Source of the DNA: a virus
Taxonomy: Duplodnaviria > Caudoviricetes
Strand: one strand, 5' to 3'
Length of the DNA: 57,465 bases
IMG/VR virus record: IMGVR_UViG_3300013132_000059
Coordinates: 1 to 57,465 of that record
Each line of letters begins with the position of its first letter. Position 1 is the stretch's first letter. Position numbers and translations under genes: made by a program. Below the pieces are notes generated by a model. It did no database searches. It saw only the letters and a list, made by a program, of their open reading frames with translations, and was not told the DNA's origin. Of this stretch, positions 8,865-20,500 are shown one piece after another.

Positions 8865-11800
8865 TTAAGCATTATCATAGCACCAACCCCTTGTAGTACC
8901 TGTATAAACTAGTTTAAATGCTGCTCCAGCAGTTGAAATAGTAAGATCACTGTTTGCTCCATTAATTAAACTACCATTTCTTAGTATTATTAATGGTTTA
9001 AGTGCTGTTAATCCTTTTTGATCCATGAACTGTATAGTATCACTTATTGCAGGAGTTGCTGGTAATGTTACAGTAATATTGGATATTAATGGGGCAGAAT
9101 TATCTATTAATAATTTATCACCATCTACTGCTGTATAATTAGCCTTAATTTCCTTCCAAAATTCTTTATCCCAACACCATCCTCTAACAACACCAGTATA
9201 AGTTAGACTGAATATTCTATTTGGAGTAGTAATTTCAAGATCAGATTCTATACCATTAATCTTGTGACCATTGCGATTAATAACTAATTTTCTAGTTCCT
9301 ATGCCATTTTTATCAGCAAAGTGAATAACATCACCAAAATCTGCTGTGGCAGGTAATGTCACTGTAACATTAAAACTAGTTGTATCAACTAATAAAAAGT
9401 CGCCTGAAACTGCTGTTCTTGTAGTCGTAACAGTTTTCCATGTACGTTTAATATATCCAGGCACATTTAGTATGCTGGTATTTGAACCAATGTTTAAAGT
9501 ACTTGCTGGTTTACCACCGAAATTAATAGTTTCTACACCAGTATTAAGAATACTAACAGTTGTAGTTGTTTCATCTGGAATAATGTCACCTTTAAGGACT
9601 AGAGTAGTTATGATAGGTCTTGGGATATTTACTGAACCTAATGGGTCTAGAGAGGAAACATTACCAGCTACCCATATGTCCCCACCAATACTGAGCCCAG
9701 TACCAATCATACGAACAAACTTACTGGCATCTAGTTCATTATAACTGTTTCTAAACAATACTCCTGCGCCTGAACCAGGACCTAATTCAATATCTACTTC
9801 AGGGATAATTAACCTATCTCTAACTAGTACGTTTTGTCTAAAAATTACAACAGGTAATTGGTTACTTCCAGGATATAGTTCACTCCAAGTTTTGTCAGTT
9901 CCACTTAATAAGCCAGGTTGCCATAGAGTAGGTTCACTTTCAGGAACTGTACCTCTGCCTATTTCTATAACATCTGCACTTGCACCAAATTTTAAATCTA
10001 ACACATTAGTTGGCAATAAGTTGAAGAAAGCAGTTGTCTCACCTACAGTCATGTTGCCGATACTGGCTGTGCCACTACCAGGATCCACACCTAATGCAAT
10101 TTCACCAGCAACTTGGCCAATCTTAATATTATTACCCACACGTACAGTTGTAGCACTACCACCTAATTCAATCAAGTTACTGGCGCCACCTATAGTGACA
10201 CGACTTGCACCAGTATTAAATAATGTTACGTTAGGAATACCTAATGGTACACTAATGTCACCGCCTCTTAGTATAATATCACCATCAAAGTAGCTATCTT
10301 CGGCATATACATTAAAGGTCTTACCAATAGTAGGGTTTGGATCTCCTGGTACTTGTGGTTCAAATAATATATTCACTTCATCGGCTTGTCCACCAATAAA
10401 GATCTCTTTAGCCACAGTATTAAACAAATGTACCAAAGGACCATTACTATCTATAGTAGCAGGACTACTATCTATTTCACCTATTGAAATATCACCATTT
10501 ATTTGTAGATTATTTTGTACTGTAGTTGTTCCTACAAAACTACCTATTTTAATATCTGTAGCAGCACCACCAAAATTAATTTTATCAACTATACTGTCAA
10601 GTAATTGAAAGGTTCTAGTAAACCCTGCAGGAACTGTTATGGTACCTAATCCGTCAAAAATAAGTCGTTCTTGTATAAAAAAATCTTGTTCTGCGGTAGT
10701 ATCTTTTTGTAGAAATATAGTACCAGAGAATGCATTTAATTTTAGATCATGACCAGTTACTGCGGTTACGCTGTCATCTTTAATTAACACTTGGTCAATT
10801 TGCATTTGTCCAGTTATACTCAATGTGCCAGAAATATTAACATTGTTAGCAAAATTAACATTACTGATTACACTACCTACATTGATAGTATTAGCAGTTC
10901 CACCAAAATTAATAGTTGTAGCAGTATCATTTATCAAGTTAAAAGTAGTTGTAGCCGAATTAAGATCACCGCCTTCTATTAATAAATCCTTTCTAACAAC
11001 TAGATTATTATGAACTATAGTTTCACCTAAACTAGAACCTATGTTCATTAATGTGGATGCACCGGCAAAATTTATAGTTGTAGCAGTAGTATTAAAAACG
11101 TTTATACTAGTTTTGTTAGTAATTAAACTTTGTCTAAAGTTAACATTTCCATCTATGTCTAAAGTAGATAAGGGATCAGTAATGTATATGCCAACTCGTG
11201 AATTATTTGCATCAACAAATACAGCATCTTTAAATCCTAAACTATTTCTAACTGTTAAAGCAAGATTTTGATCAGTAACTTGATTTTTAATTCTTACTGG
11301 TGGTATATCAAGACCTGTTTGTGTTGCAATTTCAAATGTCAAATTGCTGGCTGTTCCTAATGTTAATGGCTTAGAAAAATTTGGATCTGCTTGATCATTT
11401 CCTGTAATTTCTAAACGTCCATTTATGTTATTATTACCAGTAGTTTTAACAAACTGATCTACGTTAATAGGTTCACCAAACTGTGTTACCAAGTTTTCAG
11501 CATTTTTTACCGTAACATTAAACTTAAAATCAATGCTGATAGGATTAAATCCATTAATAATAGCACCAGTAAATCCTTCTGATTCTAAAATTTTGGCTTC
11601 AGTAGTTTGATAATTTGGGGTAAAATTTGCTTTGGCAAAAACGCCTACTAAACTATTTCCAATTTTTAACTTAACAACAGTATGTGTAACACCATTTATA
11701 TCAATAATATTAACTACTTGGTGTCCTGATAACCCTTGTTGAGCAGTATATATTGGTCCAGCAAGCCTGTTTCCTTGCCCATCATTAAAGTATAGTTGTC

Positions 11801-12131
11801 GACGATTGTTATCTATCCATAAATCACCTGGTAAAAGAGTTGGTTCAGTAGATCCGACAAAAGGCCTATTAAATTCTTTAAATGCACTACCATTGTAAAA
11901 CTTAAGTTTATTTTCCCCACTATCATACCATAATTGGCCTTTTATAGGGGCTCTTGGTGGATCAGTATTAGCAAAATTTTCTAAAAGTCTTATAAAGTTT
12001 TCGTTAAAATATTCACCGTAATTTGCAGTATTTTTTCCTACTAGAACTAAATCTGTAGTGACTCTGTCTATACTATTATCAAGTACATCAGTTAAAATAG
12101 TGCCGTCAGTTTTGTTTATAGTATAGGCCAT
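8865..12131 (-). CDS. Long tail fibre-like protein, paralog 2
   Basis: Same N-terminal domain, internal (F/L)NT.AT.INFGG.A repeats, and two C-terminal gp34-like repeats (TAVxGD.LL.D...VTLPA...RGW). Confidence 0.7.
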   Translation of the reverse strand: MAYTINKTDGTILTDVLDNSIDRVTTDLVLVGKNTANYGEYFNENFIRLLENFANTDPPRAPIKGQLWYDSGENKLKFYNGSAFKEFNRPFVGSTEPTLLPGDLWIDNNRRQLYFNDGQGNRLAGPIYTAQQGLSGHQVVNIIDINGVTHTVVKLKIGNSLVGVFAKANFTPNYQTTEAKILESEGFTGAIINGFNPISIDFKFNVTVKNAENLVTQFGEPINVDQFVKTTGNNNINGRLEITGNDQADPNFSKPLTLGTASNLTFEIATQTGLDIPPVRIKNQVTDQNLALTVRNSLGFKDAVFVDANNSRVGIYITDPLSTLDIDGNVNFRQSLITNKTSINVFNTTATTINFAGASTLMNIGSSLGETIVHNNLVVRKDLLIEGGDLNSATTTFNLINDTATTINFGGTANTINVGSVISNVNFANNVNISGTLSITGQMQIDQVLIKDDSVTAVTGHDLKLNAFSGTIFLQKDTTAEQDFFIQERLIFDGLGTITVPAGFTRTFQLLDSIVDKINFGGAATDIKIGSFVGTTTVQNNLQINGDISIGEIDSSPATIDSNGPLVHLFNTVAKEIFIGGQADEVNILFEPQVPGDPNPTIGKTFNVYAEDSYFDGDIILRGGDISVPLGIPNVTLFNTGASRVTIGGASNLIELGGSATTVRVGNNIKIGQVAGEIALGVDPGSGTASIGNMTVGETTAFFNLLPTNVLDLKFGASADVIEIGRGTVPESEPTLWQPGLLSGTDKTWSELYPGSNQLPVVIFRQNVLVRDRLIIPEVDIELGPGSGAGVLFRNSYNELDASKFVRMIGTGLSIGGDIWVAGNVSSLDPLGSVNIPRPIITTLVLKGDIIPDETTTTVSILNTGVETINFGGKPASTLNIGSNTSILNVPGYIKRTWKTVTTTRTAVSGDFLLVDTTSFNVTVTLPATADFGDVIHFADKNGIGTRKLVINRNGHKINGIESDLEITTPNRIFSLTYTGVVRGWCWDKEFWKEIKANYTAVDGDKLLIDNSAPLISNITVTLPATPAISDTIQFMDQKGLTALKPLIILRNGSLINGANSDLTISTAGAAFKLVYTGTTRGWCYDNA

Positions 12132-13912
12132 TATATAATCTTCCCAGTATAAATTATATACGAAGTGTTAACAAGTGGAATGTCGCTTGTAAGATTAGGC
12201 AGTGCAAATGTTAGTATTCCTAAAGGCGGGCCTATTAGTTGTTCATAAGGTTTATAATTATATCCAATAACACTGAATAAGGCTTGGTACTGATTTTGAC
12301 TAATTTCTGAACCGTCACAAACTAGATAACCATTAGGTAATTGACTACTGTTACCAGAAAAAAGTAAAATGGAACCTGTGGGAACTAGTGGCAATTGACT
12401 AGCAATGCTAGATTTTTTGATCTTATATAGCGTTTGGTTTCTTTCTACTAGAAAAAGATCATTTGGTTGGTACAATGATGTTTCTGCTTTTTGACTAATA
12501 AAATCTGTTTTAAGTGCTGTTGAAATATTTTTGGTATCACCATCATCTTTAATAGTTATAGTGGCTTCAATATCACCAACTAAACTTAATGTCAAAGTAT
12601 CCTTAAATCCACCTGAGTATCCAGTTACGTTACCATTTACGTCACCGTTTAGTGTGCCGTTAACAGTTACTTTCCTAGTATTAGTTCCAATTTTCACAGC
12701 ATAAATGGTGTCCCATCTTGCGGTTTCAGTACCTAAATTTTGGGCGCTGTCTTGTAAAGGTTCTAAAGAATTCGTTCTTGTCAATCCACTTACAGTTAAT
12801 GAACCGCCTACAAGAGCATTTGTTGTAACATTAATACCACCATTAGTGCTTATGCTGTTAGCACTAGTACTTGTTGTTATAAACCTATCTGTAGTCTTAA
12901 TATTTCCTACTACATCTAAACTTTCTACTGGTACTAGATTGTTGACTCCTACTGCTCCAGTATTTGCATTAGTAGTTGCTATTCTTAGTATATTTTTAAT
13001 TTGATTATTTTGACGTAGTCTTAAATCAATGCTAGCACCTTCAAGTTTATTATAGATATAAGATCCTGAAGTATCAGTACCTAAAGAAAAAGATAAATCA
13101 TTACCAATGTTTATACCATTATTGTTTCTTACGTTAAAATTAAAATTAGTAGTACTGCTTTGATCACTGCGTATAAAATTTCTAGCAGATACAATTTCAT
13201 CACCACTGATCAATGATTCTGCTTTTTCTGCGATACCCCAATATTTTGTTTCTGTAGTCGATGTGTTTAAAACTGCTGTACTTAAATTAATGCCTTGTCT
13301 AATAATTCTAAAACCTGATATTAATGACTTTGGTGTAAATTCAAAATCACTGATAATTACAACTCTCTTAGTTTTAACAAATATACTTAATATTGGTCTG
13401 GGCGTAGAAGCATTGGCATCTTCAATATATTCAATTTCTGCACCAGTTTTCTCAGCAGCATTAAATGTAGGTCCTACAAGAGTCCAGCCCTTATCTCCAT
13501 TACTAATATAAAGTTGTTGCCTTTCAGTATCAACAAATAAGTCACCAGTTTTTAAATTACTACCACCACTTGTAGGATTTTCAGCATATTTTTTAATAAA
13601 CCCTATAGGTAACCAAGTTTGTCCATCAAATATTTTTAATCCATAACTATCACGAGAGTTATCACTTAAAGAATCTGATACTAGATCTGCATTATTATTA
13701 AACCATATTTGTCCCTGTACTGGATTTTGTGGTGGGGTTGAAAAAGCAAAATTTTCTAATAAGTGTAAAAAATTTTCACCTATTGGTTGTGTATATCCTT
13801 GAGTATAATTTTTGCCCAAAAAACTTAAGGAAGTATTTGAATTATTAATCTGTCCGTCTAGAACTACTACGCTAGGATTAGCAGAATCTGACTTATTCAA
13901 TATTGTGGACAT
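12131..13912 (-). CDS. Tail fibre-like protein, paralog 1, with a C-terminal tail collar domain
   Basis: Same N-terminal domain. C-terminal PTGSILLF...PNGYLVCDGS...YQALFSVIGY...TFALPNL is the tail collar signature. Confidence 0.75.
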   Translation of the reverse strand: MSTILNKSDSANPSVVVLDGQINNSNTSLSFLGKNYTQGYTQPIGENFLHLLENFAFSTPPQNPVQGQIWFNNNADLVSDSLSDNSRDSYGLKIFDGQTWLPIGFIKKYAENPTSGGSNLKTGDLFVDTERQQLYISNGDKGWTLVGPTFNAAEKTGAEIEYIEDANASTPRPILSIFVKTKRVVIISDFEFTPKSLISGFRIIRQGINLSTAVLNTSTTETKYWGIAEKAESLISGDEIVSARNFIRSDQSSTTNFNFNVRNNNGINIGNDLSFSLGTDTSGSYIYNKLEGASIDLRLRQNNQIKNILRIATTNANTGAVGVNNLVPVESLDVVGNIKTTDRFITTSTSANSISTNGGINVTTNALVGGSLTVSGLTRTNSLEPLQDSAQNLGTETARWDTIYAVKIGTNTRKVTVNGTLNGDVNGNVTGYSGGFKDTLTLSLVGDIEATITIKDDGDTKNISTALKTDFISQKAETSLYQPNDLFLVERNQTLYKIKKSSIASQLPLVPTGSILLFSGNSSQLPNGYLVCDGSEISQNQYQALFSVIGYNYKPYEQLIGPPLGILTFALPNLTSDIPLVNTSYIIYTGKII

Positions 13913-13915
13913 TTA

Positions 13916-14524
13916 TTAGGCTCCCATAAGTCCTGTTAGACTCTGAATTCTTACAGTATAGTCGATTTGTATAAGTCTATTAAGACTTTTTTGTACAGGA
14001 TGAAATATCACATGAGTTAATATCCTTTTTTGCCCAGATTCATTATTGGCTATTAGTCCTAATTCATCGAAAGTAAACAAACTGTTATTATCATTAGTGT
14101 TATCAAATGCTTCTTGACCATCAGGCTCACCATAGTCCAATAAACAAGTTATAAAAACGTCTGTATAATTAGTGCCAGTTACATGTCTAGTTTCTAAATA
14201 ATTTCTTAAAGGATTACTATTAGCACTACTTGTATCATCTACTACTTTACTATAAGTTTCGTTGTATAAACTAGCATTTATACCAGTAGTATTCGGTGTC
14301 AAATATGTAATGATCCCGGTAGGATCCACAGCAGTTCCGCCGTTGCCAAAAGCCATTTCATTGATTACTCCACTTCCAGAATTCGCTATACTATTGGCCA
14401 ATGCTACACTCATATTTTCGTAGTGTATGGCATTACGTTTATTCACGTAGATTTCTTGTGAATTTGGATCCCAAATTTTAATGTGTCCTTCTACATGTAT
14501 CCCACCAAAATCTTTGTTTTGCAT
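13916..14524 (-). CDS. Putative baseplate/fibre attachment protein
   Basis: MAFGNGG...FDELGL...HVIFHPVQKS pattern like fibre-attachment domains. Upstream TAAATA. Confidence 0.55.
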   Translation of the reverse strand: MQNKDFGGIHVEGHIKIWDPNSQEIYVNKRNAIHYENMSVALANSIANSGSGVINEMAFGNGGTAVDPTGIITYLTPNTTGINASLYNETYSKVVDDTSSANSNPLRNYLETRHVTGTNYTDVFITCLLDYGEPDGQEAFDNTNDNNSLFTFDELGLIANNESGQKRILTHVIFHPVQKSLNRLIQIDYTVRIQSLTGLMGA

Positions 14525-14542
14525 ATTATTTCTCTATCAAAA

Positions 14543-14548
14543 TATTTA
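14543..14548 (-). promoter_or_regulatory. Late promoter core TAAATA
   Basis: AATAAATA upstream of ATG 14524. Confidence 0.6.
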
Positions 14549-14570
14549 TTAATATTAAAAAGTGCTAATA

Positions 14571-16172
14571 TTACCTTCTAACTTTAACTCTTGGATATAA
14601 TCTTCCTGAACTTGGTCTAGGCAAGTAATTTAACTTAGGCCAAGTTTTTCCTGTTTCTGAACGCTCCTTGTTGTAGTAAAGGTATCTATTTGAGGATCCT
14701 TGTAGGCTAAAAACATCATTATAACTACCGTTAGTGTCGGTGATTTGGTCATATTTGCTAGTTTTATTTAGATAATCCACTATATCATTTTGAGTAAAAT
14801 TTGGATATATTTCTAATAAACAGGCCAAAACTCCACAAACCTGAGGACTTGCCATACTAGTCCCGTTATACTTACTGATTCTAAATAACGAACTTCTAAG
14901 ATCAATAACACCACCAGTATGCACGCTACTCATTATAGCGACTCCTGGTGCATATATATTAACCCTTGGACCACAATTACTAAAATTAGCCTTTGAATCA
15001 TCGTTACTTGTGCCTATAGCCCCTACACAAATACCAGTTCCTGCATTGGTTGGTGCCATACCTTGGTGATAATATATAGTATACCCATACCAAATGAAAT
15101 AATTATTGTAATCTAAACCGCCTTCTACGTCAATTTTATAACTTTCGTTGCCAGCGGCACCGACAAAAATTATACCATCATTAATAGCATCTATTTGATC
15201 TGCTTCTAAACTTGAATATGTAGCAGGAGTATCTGCATATAAACCATCATTCATTACTCCAAGACTATTTAAAAATACACTAGTTAATCCTGTAGTGTAA
15301 TTTACTCCCCTTAGGTTAACGCTGCTAATTCCAGAAATAAGCAACGAATATCCATAACCCCAACTATTATTAACAATAGTCGGGTTTTTTCTTCCTGTAG
15401 CAGGATTAACAGGTTTATTTTTATGAAATTCTATTATATAGTTGAATATAAACAGTGAATTGATACCATTAGGATCCGTAGAATAAGGATTAATATTGTA
15501 GATGTTGGCTTTTCTAGCCCAACCTTGTGTATTACCTGCTACAGTGCCAGCAACATGCATACCATGATTATTATCGGCGCCACTATAAGGACCATATACA
15601 TAAGTGTTTCCAATATTATCAGTATCTCCAACTGTTGATGCATGTTGAAACCAATTGTATTGAATTACCTTAGTGCCGCCACTTCCATCACTATTTACGG
15701 ACATTTCAGGATGATCAGGATTTATAAATCCATCGACTATTACCACGTCTACATTGCGTCCTTCTGCATTGGCTGTTATTGTTGCTGTTTGAGTAGCAGT
15801 ACCATTACTACCCCAATTACTTCTTTGAGCACCTTCTAAACAACGTAATAACCCCCAATTTTTATAATTACTATCATTTATCCCAGACTTATCCCAGTAA
15901 CTACTGGTTTGAGTCCACAAGGGCTTAACTATTATACCTAAATCTCTTGGTGTTAGTTCAACACTTAATACTCTTGGATCATTCTTAAGAAGGTCTGCTT
16001 CTTCATAAGTCAGCATATAATGCGTACTACGACTGATTGGTCTACGTAATGCTATATCAACTTCTCTATCTGGTATGTATAAATCCCCACCAGGAGTTTC
16101 CATATCATCATAAAAACTTTCTAGATCCTCAAATCTTTTTAATGTAACTACATATTCTCTTTGATCGCTCAT
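14571..16172 (-). CDS. Subtilisin-like S8 serine protease
   Basis: Complete triad VDVVIVDG (D), HGMHVAGTVAG (H), GTSMASPQV (S), oxyanion AAGN, and an N-terminal I9-like propeptide region. Confidence 0.92.
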   Translation of the reverse strand: MSDQREYVVTLKRFEDLESFYDDMETPGGDLYIPDREVDIALRRPISRSTHYMLTYEEADLLKNDPRVLSVELTPRDLGIIVKPLWTQTSSYWDKSGINDSNYKNWGLLRCLEGAQRSNWGSNGTATQTATITANAEGRNVDVVIVDGFINPDHPEMSVNSDGSGGTKVIQYNWFQHASTVGDTDNIGNTYVYGPYSGADNNHGMHVAGTVAGNTQGWARKANIYNINPYSTDPNGINSLFIFNYIIEFHKNKPVNPATGRKNPTIVNNSWGYGYSLLISGISSVNLRGVNYTTGLTSVFLNSLGVMNDGLYADTPATYSSLEADQIDAINDGIIFVGAAGNESYKIDVEGGLDYNNYFIWYGYTIYYHQGMAPTNAGTGICVGAIGTSNDDSKANFSNCGPRVNIYAPGVAIMSSVHTGGVIDLRSSLFRISKYNGTSMASPQVCGVLACLLEIYPNFTQNDIVDYLNKTSKYDQITDTNGSYNDVFSLQGSSNRYLYYNKERSETGKTWPKLNYLPRPSSGRLYPRVKVRR

Positions 16173-17545
16173 TGTTCCGCCTGCAATACAGTTAAACTTA
16201 CTATGATATTATTATTACTGCCACTTATATTCTTTACGCTTACTGGTATATTTGTGGTGGGTGTTGCTTCATCATTAAACCCAAAAATAGCAGGAGCCAT
16301 AACAACTGTTTGATCACCAGTTGTGATAACTTCTGTTATAACACCTGCATCATAACTAGGATCGGCGCCTTGAGCACGACCTACATCTGCGCTTCTATTT
16401 GAAGTTGTAGTATAAATCCTTACCCATGCTGCATGAGTTGTAGTAATTTTGTATAGGACATATCCTTTAAATCCAGTAAATTCTAAATTTACTGCTGCTC
16501 CATCATTAATGCTGCCAGTATTAAGACTTAGTGTAGTTCTACTTCCTACAAATCCAGTACCAGTTGTTCCAGTACTACCTTGTGTACCAGTACTACCTTG
16601 TGTACCAGTACTACCTTGAATACCATCTGCTCCTGGTAATCCTTGTGCAGCCTGTGTACCTTGACGCCCTTGTACACCTTGAAAACCAGTTGTACCTATT
16701 GGTCCTACTGGACCTTGTGCTCCAAAATCACCTTGTAATCCTTGACTACCTTGTACACCTTGAGGTCCTTGTAGGCCCTGTGTTCCCTGTGCACCTGTGG
16801 GACCAAGATTACTGATATTAATAGTACCTGCCATTGACCCATGTAATTCGCAATTATAATATAATGTATTTGGTGCATCATAAGGTACAACAAATGTAAT
16901 GGTACCATTAGCAGTACCATTATTGGTTACTCCAGTGTTGTATTGGTTACCTGTACCAGTAGTTTGAGTAGTTTTAATCCAAAATGGATGACCACTAGCA
17001 GATATAGAAAAATAATAGGTAAATCCCCTTATAAGATTAAGAGTAGGATTATTGGATCCATTAATTACATACGCACCACTTCCAGAATTATTAACAGTAA
17101 AGGTAGCACCTCCTGATAATCCTTGGGCGCCTTGACCACCTTGAAGTCCTTGTGTACCATTTGTACCTTGACTACCTGTAGTACCTTGAGTGCCACTACC
17201 TAAACTTGGATCACCTGCTGGACCTTGTACTCCTTGTGATCCTTGTACTCCATCGGCACCTAAGTATCCATCAGCACCTTGGGCACCTTGGATACCTACA
17301 CCATCATTTCCTTGTAGACCTTGACGCCCTTGTATACCCTGTGTACCTTGTCTACCATTAGAACCAGCACTACCAGGTGTTCCTTGACGTCCTTGTATAC
17401 CTTGTACACCTTGCTGAAATTGTATATTTTGTATACTGTCATAGACTTCGGTAAAGTTTTCATTAATTTTAATGGCGGCCCGTCTTAGAGTATCCCCACT
17501 ACCATCATTGGGTCTAGTACCTACATTGATCGTTTGTTTAGCCAT
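16169..17545 (-). CDS. gp9/gp10-like anchored collagen fibre with a cupredoxin-like domain
   Basis: N-terminal MAKQTINVG..PNDGSGD.LR.A..KINENF (T4 gp9/gp10-type). Two Gly-X-Gln tracts flank GHPFWI...LYYNCELHGSM. Confidence 0.75.
   Translation of the reverse strand: MAKQTINVGTRPNDGSGDTLRRAAIKINENFTEVYDSIQNIQFQQGVQGIQGRQGTPGSAGSNGRQGTQGIQGRQGLQGNDGVGIQGAQGADGYLGADGVQGSQGVQGPAGDPSLGSGTQGTTGSQGTNGTQGLQGGQGAQGLSGGATFTVNNSGSGAYVINGSNNPTLNLIRGFTYYFSISASGHPFWIKTTQTTGTGNQYNTGVTNNGTANGTITFVVPYDAPNTLYYNCELHGSMAGTINISNLGPTGAQGTQGLQGPQGVQGSQGLQGDFGAQGPVGPIGTTGFQGVQGRQGTQAAQGLPGADGIQGSTGTQGSTGTQGSTGTTGTGFVGSRTTLSLNTGSINDGAAVNLEFTGFKGYVLYKITTTHAAWVRIYTTTSNRSADVGRAQGADPSYDAGVITEVITTGDQTVVMAPAIFGFNDEATPTTNIPVSVKNISGSNNNIIVSLTVLQAEQ
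16569..16618. repeat. 18-bp tandem repeat (~2.8 copies) encoding QGSTGT collagen units
   Basis: ccagtactaccttgtgta starts at 16569 and 16587, with a partial copy at 16605. Confidence 0.9.
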
Positions 17546-17547
17546 TT

Positions 17548-20500
17548 TTATTCCTCATCCATGATTATATCATCTGAATCAGCAGAATATAATCCGCTAT
17601 CAGCACTTAATTCTGTTCCTACTATATTTTCAACATTATATTTTAAGAAATATGCCACTTTATTATTAGATTCTGACAAACTTTTATCAGGATCTCCCCA
17701 ATAAGTTAATTTTTTAATAACAACAGTAATAGGTATATTAGGCAAAGGCATTTCTTTTAATACAACATACCCAATTCTATTACTTGTTGTGCCATGATTT
17801 ATGCCGTCAGTAGTGAATTCTGCCAATTGTACCTCATCACCTTCTGGGCTTTCTGGATGCACATCTTTATTATGTAAGATATATTGATTTTTCTTTAGTC
17901 TGCGAGTACCAATAAAAACTTCTATGTTGTTTTTATTTGCTACAAAAGGTATAGTAATAGTCTTAGTTGAATCATTAAAATCAACATCACTTATACGATA
18001 TATAATATCCTCATCTTCATATGGTACAGTCTCAGAATCACCTATATCATAAACTTTGGTAAACTTTTTATGCACGGTAGGTACACCAGTTCCATAAGTG
18101 CCTCTTCTAAGTTGTCCAATTCTATTGCCTACTCTAAAGTAATATTCAATTCTTTCACCATTAACATATAGTACCCCTGGTGCATTATTAATTTTACTTG
18201 GATCTTCTACAAATAATTCTTTATCATTATAGTGTAAATCTACTTCTAAATTAGTAGTTCTATTTCTAGTAATACGCTTATAATGGAATCTATTCAACAT
18301 ATCTTTAAACTTCATAAAACTTACTGGGTTTCTAACTACATTACCGCTAAAAGTTATAATGCCAAACTTATCTGTAGGGCTCGGTTGACCAGCGATTCTA
18401 ATGCTTTTTTTGTCGTCAAGTAGAATATAATCAATATTTGGTGTTAATAGTTTTTTATTTTTTGTTACCCAAATATAACTACTGTCTAAAACTTCTCTAT
18501 CAAAAGTAAATATTCCAGCACTAATTTGAACTAAACTCAAATAATATACACTATTAAAAAAGTTATTAAGTTTTGGCTCAATAATATAGTACTTTCTTTC
18601 TATGTTTAAAATATCGTGATTAAACATAGCAATAACTTCTATCTCAGAACCAGCAGTGTAAGCCGATTTAAATTGAATATAAGTACCATCTGTATCAGTT
18701 CTTATAAAATAATCAGCATCTTTAATTACTGTTACAATAACTTCTGCTTGATCTTTATAATAATTGGTTTTAATATTCAGTTTTGAATTAATTAAATCCA
18801 ACGTATACCCAATACCTAATTCAACTTGTTCTCCATTAATGTAAATTATGTAATCATTAAGTGAATAGATATCAATATCAGCTTTACCTGCCGGTATATC
18901 GTATACTAAATTATTGTTACTTAAGGTATATTTGAAAGAATCAGTAGAATTTAATATAATATCATTAATTCTAACAATAGTATTAGGATCTAACGGTATT
19001 TTTTTACCAACTGGATTATTGAGATAATACTTTTTACTAGTACCATTACTTACAATAGTTTCTCTACTAACTATACTTTGATTTAATGTATCCCCTAAAA
19101 ATATTGAATAATTTACTACTTGTCCTATTTCTAATTCAAATGGAAATCTAATTCCTATTTTGTTGTCTAAAGTTTGTAAATTTTCAGTTCTAAATAGTTC
19201 ATGATTGGTTATATCACCAGATACTAAGGTATATGCAACAATATTTTCTTGCCAATCAACATCCGTTATTATAGTATTTGTGTTTTCAGAGACTACTTGT
19301 AAATCATTTATTAATAGATTTTCACCATTAAAACCTAAACTCGTAACACTTATTACACTGCTAATAGGTGCTGGATCATTTAATATTACTATTAAGTTGT
19401 CATAGTTAAACTTATAATCTATATTTGGTTTTAGTATATGATTGTTAATTTTGACAATTATAGCATTTTTATTATTGGGATATTGACTAATTTTGAAAGA
19501 CTTATTAACTCCATCACTAACAAAGTTATTGCTAGTTATGTTAGAACTTGTTGTTAATGATCTTTCAAAAACTGTAATTGCTACACTATCAACTACGTGT
19601 CCTGGTAACATTTCTTCTGGGGCAGGACTTGTATTAGGAGTTATAAATCCGTCACCATCTATAATAATGTCATCTGCACGTAAACCACTGGCTGTTCTAT
19701 AGGCACTGCTAGCATTTAAATTTCCACCGTCAATAATAGTATCGTAGATTTCGTCATCTGTAGGTACTGAAGCATCCCATGCTTTCTCTCCCCAACCATA
19801 AACTCCGTCCCAACTATTTGGTTTTTCAAATCCTACACCTATTATATTGACACCACCATAATCAATACCGTTCATTAGTTGTGCAAAATCACGGCCAATC
19901 ATACCTGATTGAGGGTCATAATAATGATATATTCTTTCTAGAGCATTAAGATGTACAAAATCTTTTTGGTATGTAACTTTAATAATGCTATTATCGTCAG
20001 GTGGTTCTACAAATACTATTTCAGCATAGTATTCTGTAAATCCTCTGCTTAAACTAGTCAGGGGGTTAATATTAAAAGATCCAATAACTTGGTCTTGCTC
20101 ATTTATTTTTACAACAACGGTGTTGGAATTTAAATTGGGTTTATATCTTAGCCTAAATATTGTTTGAACATTGTTGCCTTCAAATGTGTCTTCTATAGTT
20201 ATAGGTCTAATATCTTCAAACTTTTCTTTTAAATATCTATCAAATTTCATAGAAATTTTATTTGTTCTAATAAGATTACTACCTATTACAGCATATGCTT
20301 TGGCTATAGTTCCATCTTTAGATATATTACTGTTAATGATCACTTTAGGTGGTATAAAGTATCCTTCTCCTTGATCAAGTATTTCTATTTTTGCTATGGA
20401 TCCTTTTACGATAAATGCTCTCGCTTTTGCAGGTCTAGTACAAGGTCCTTCAAATTCTATTATAGGTCGGTTTAAGTAGCCACTACCAGAATCACTTATT

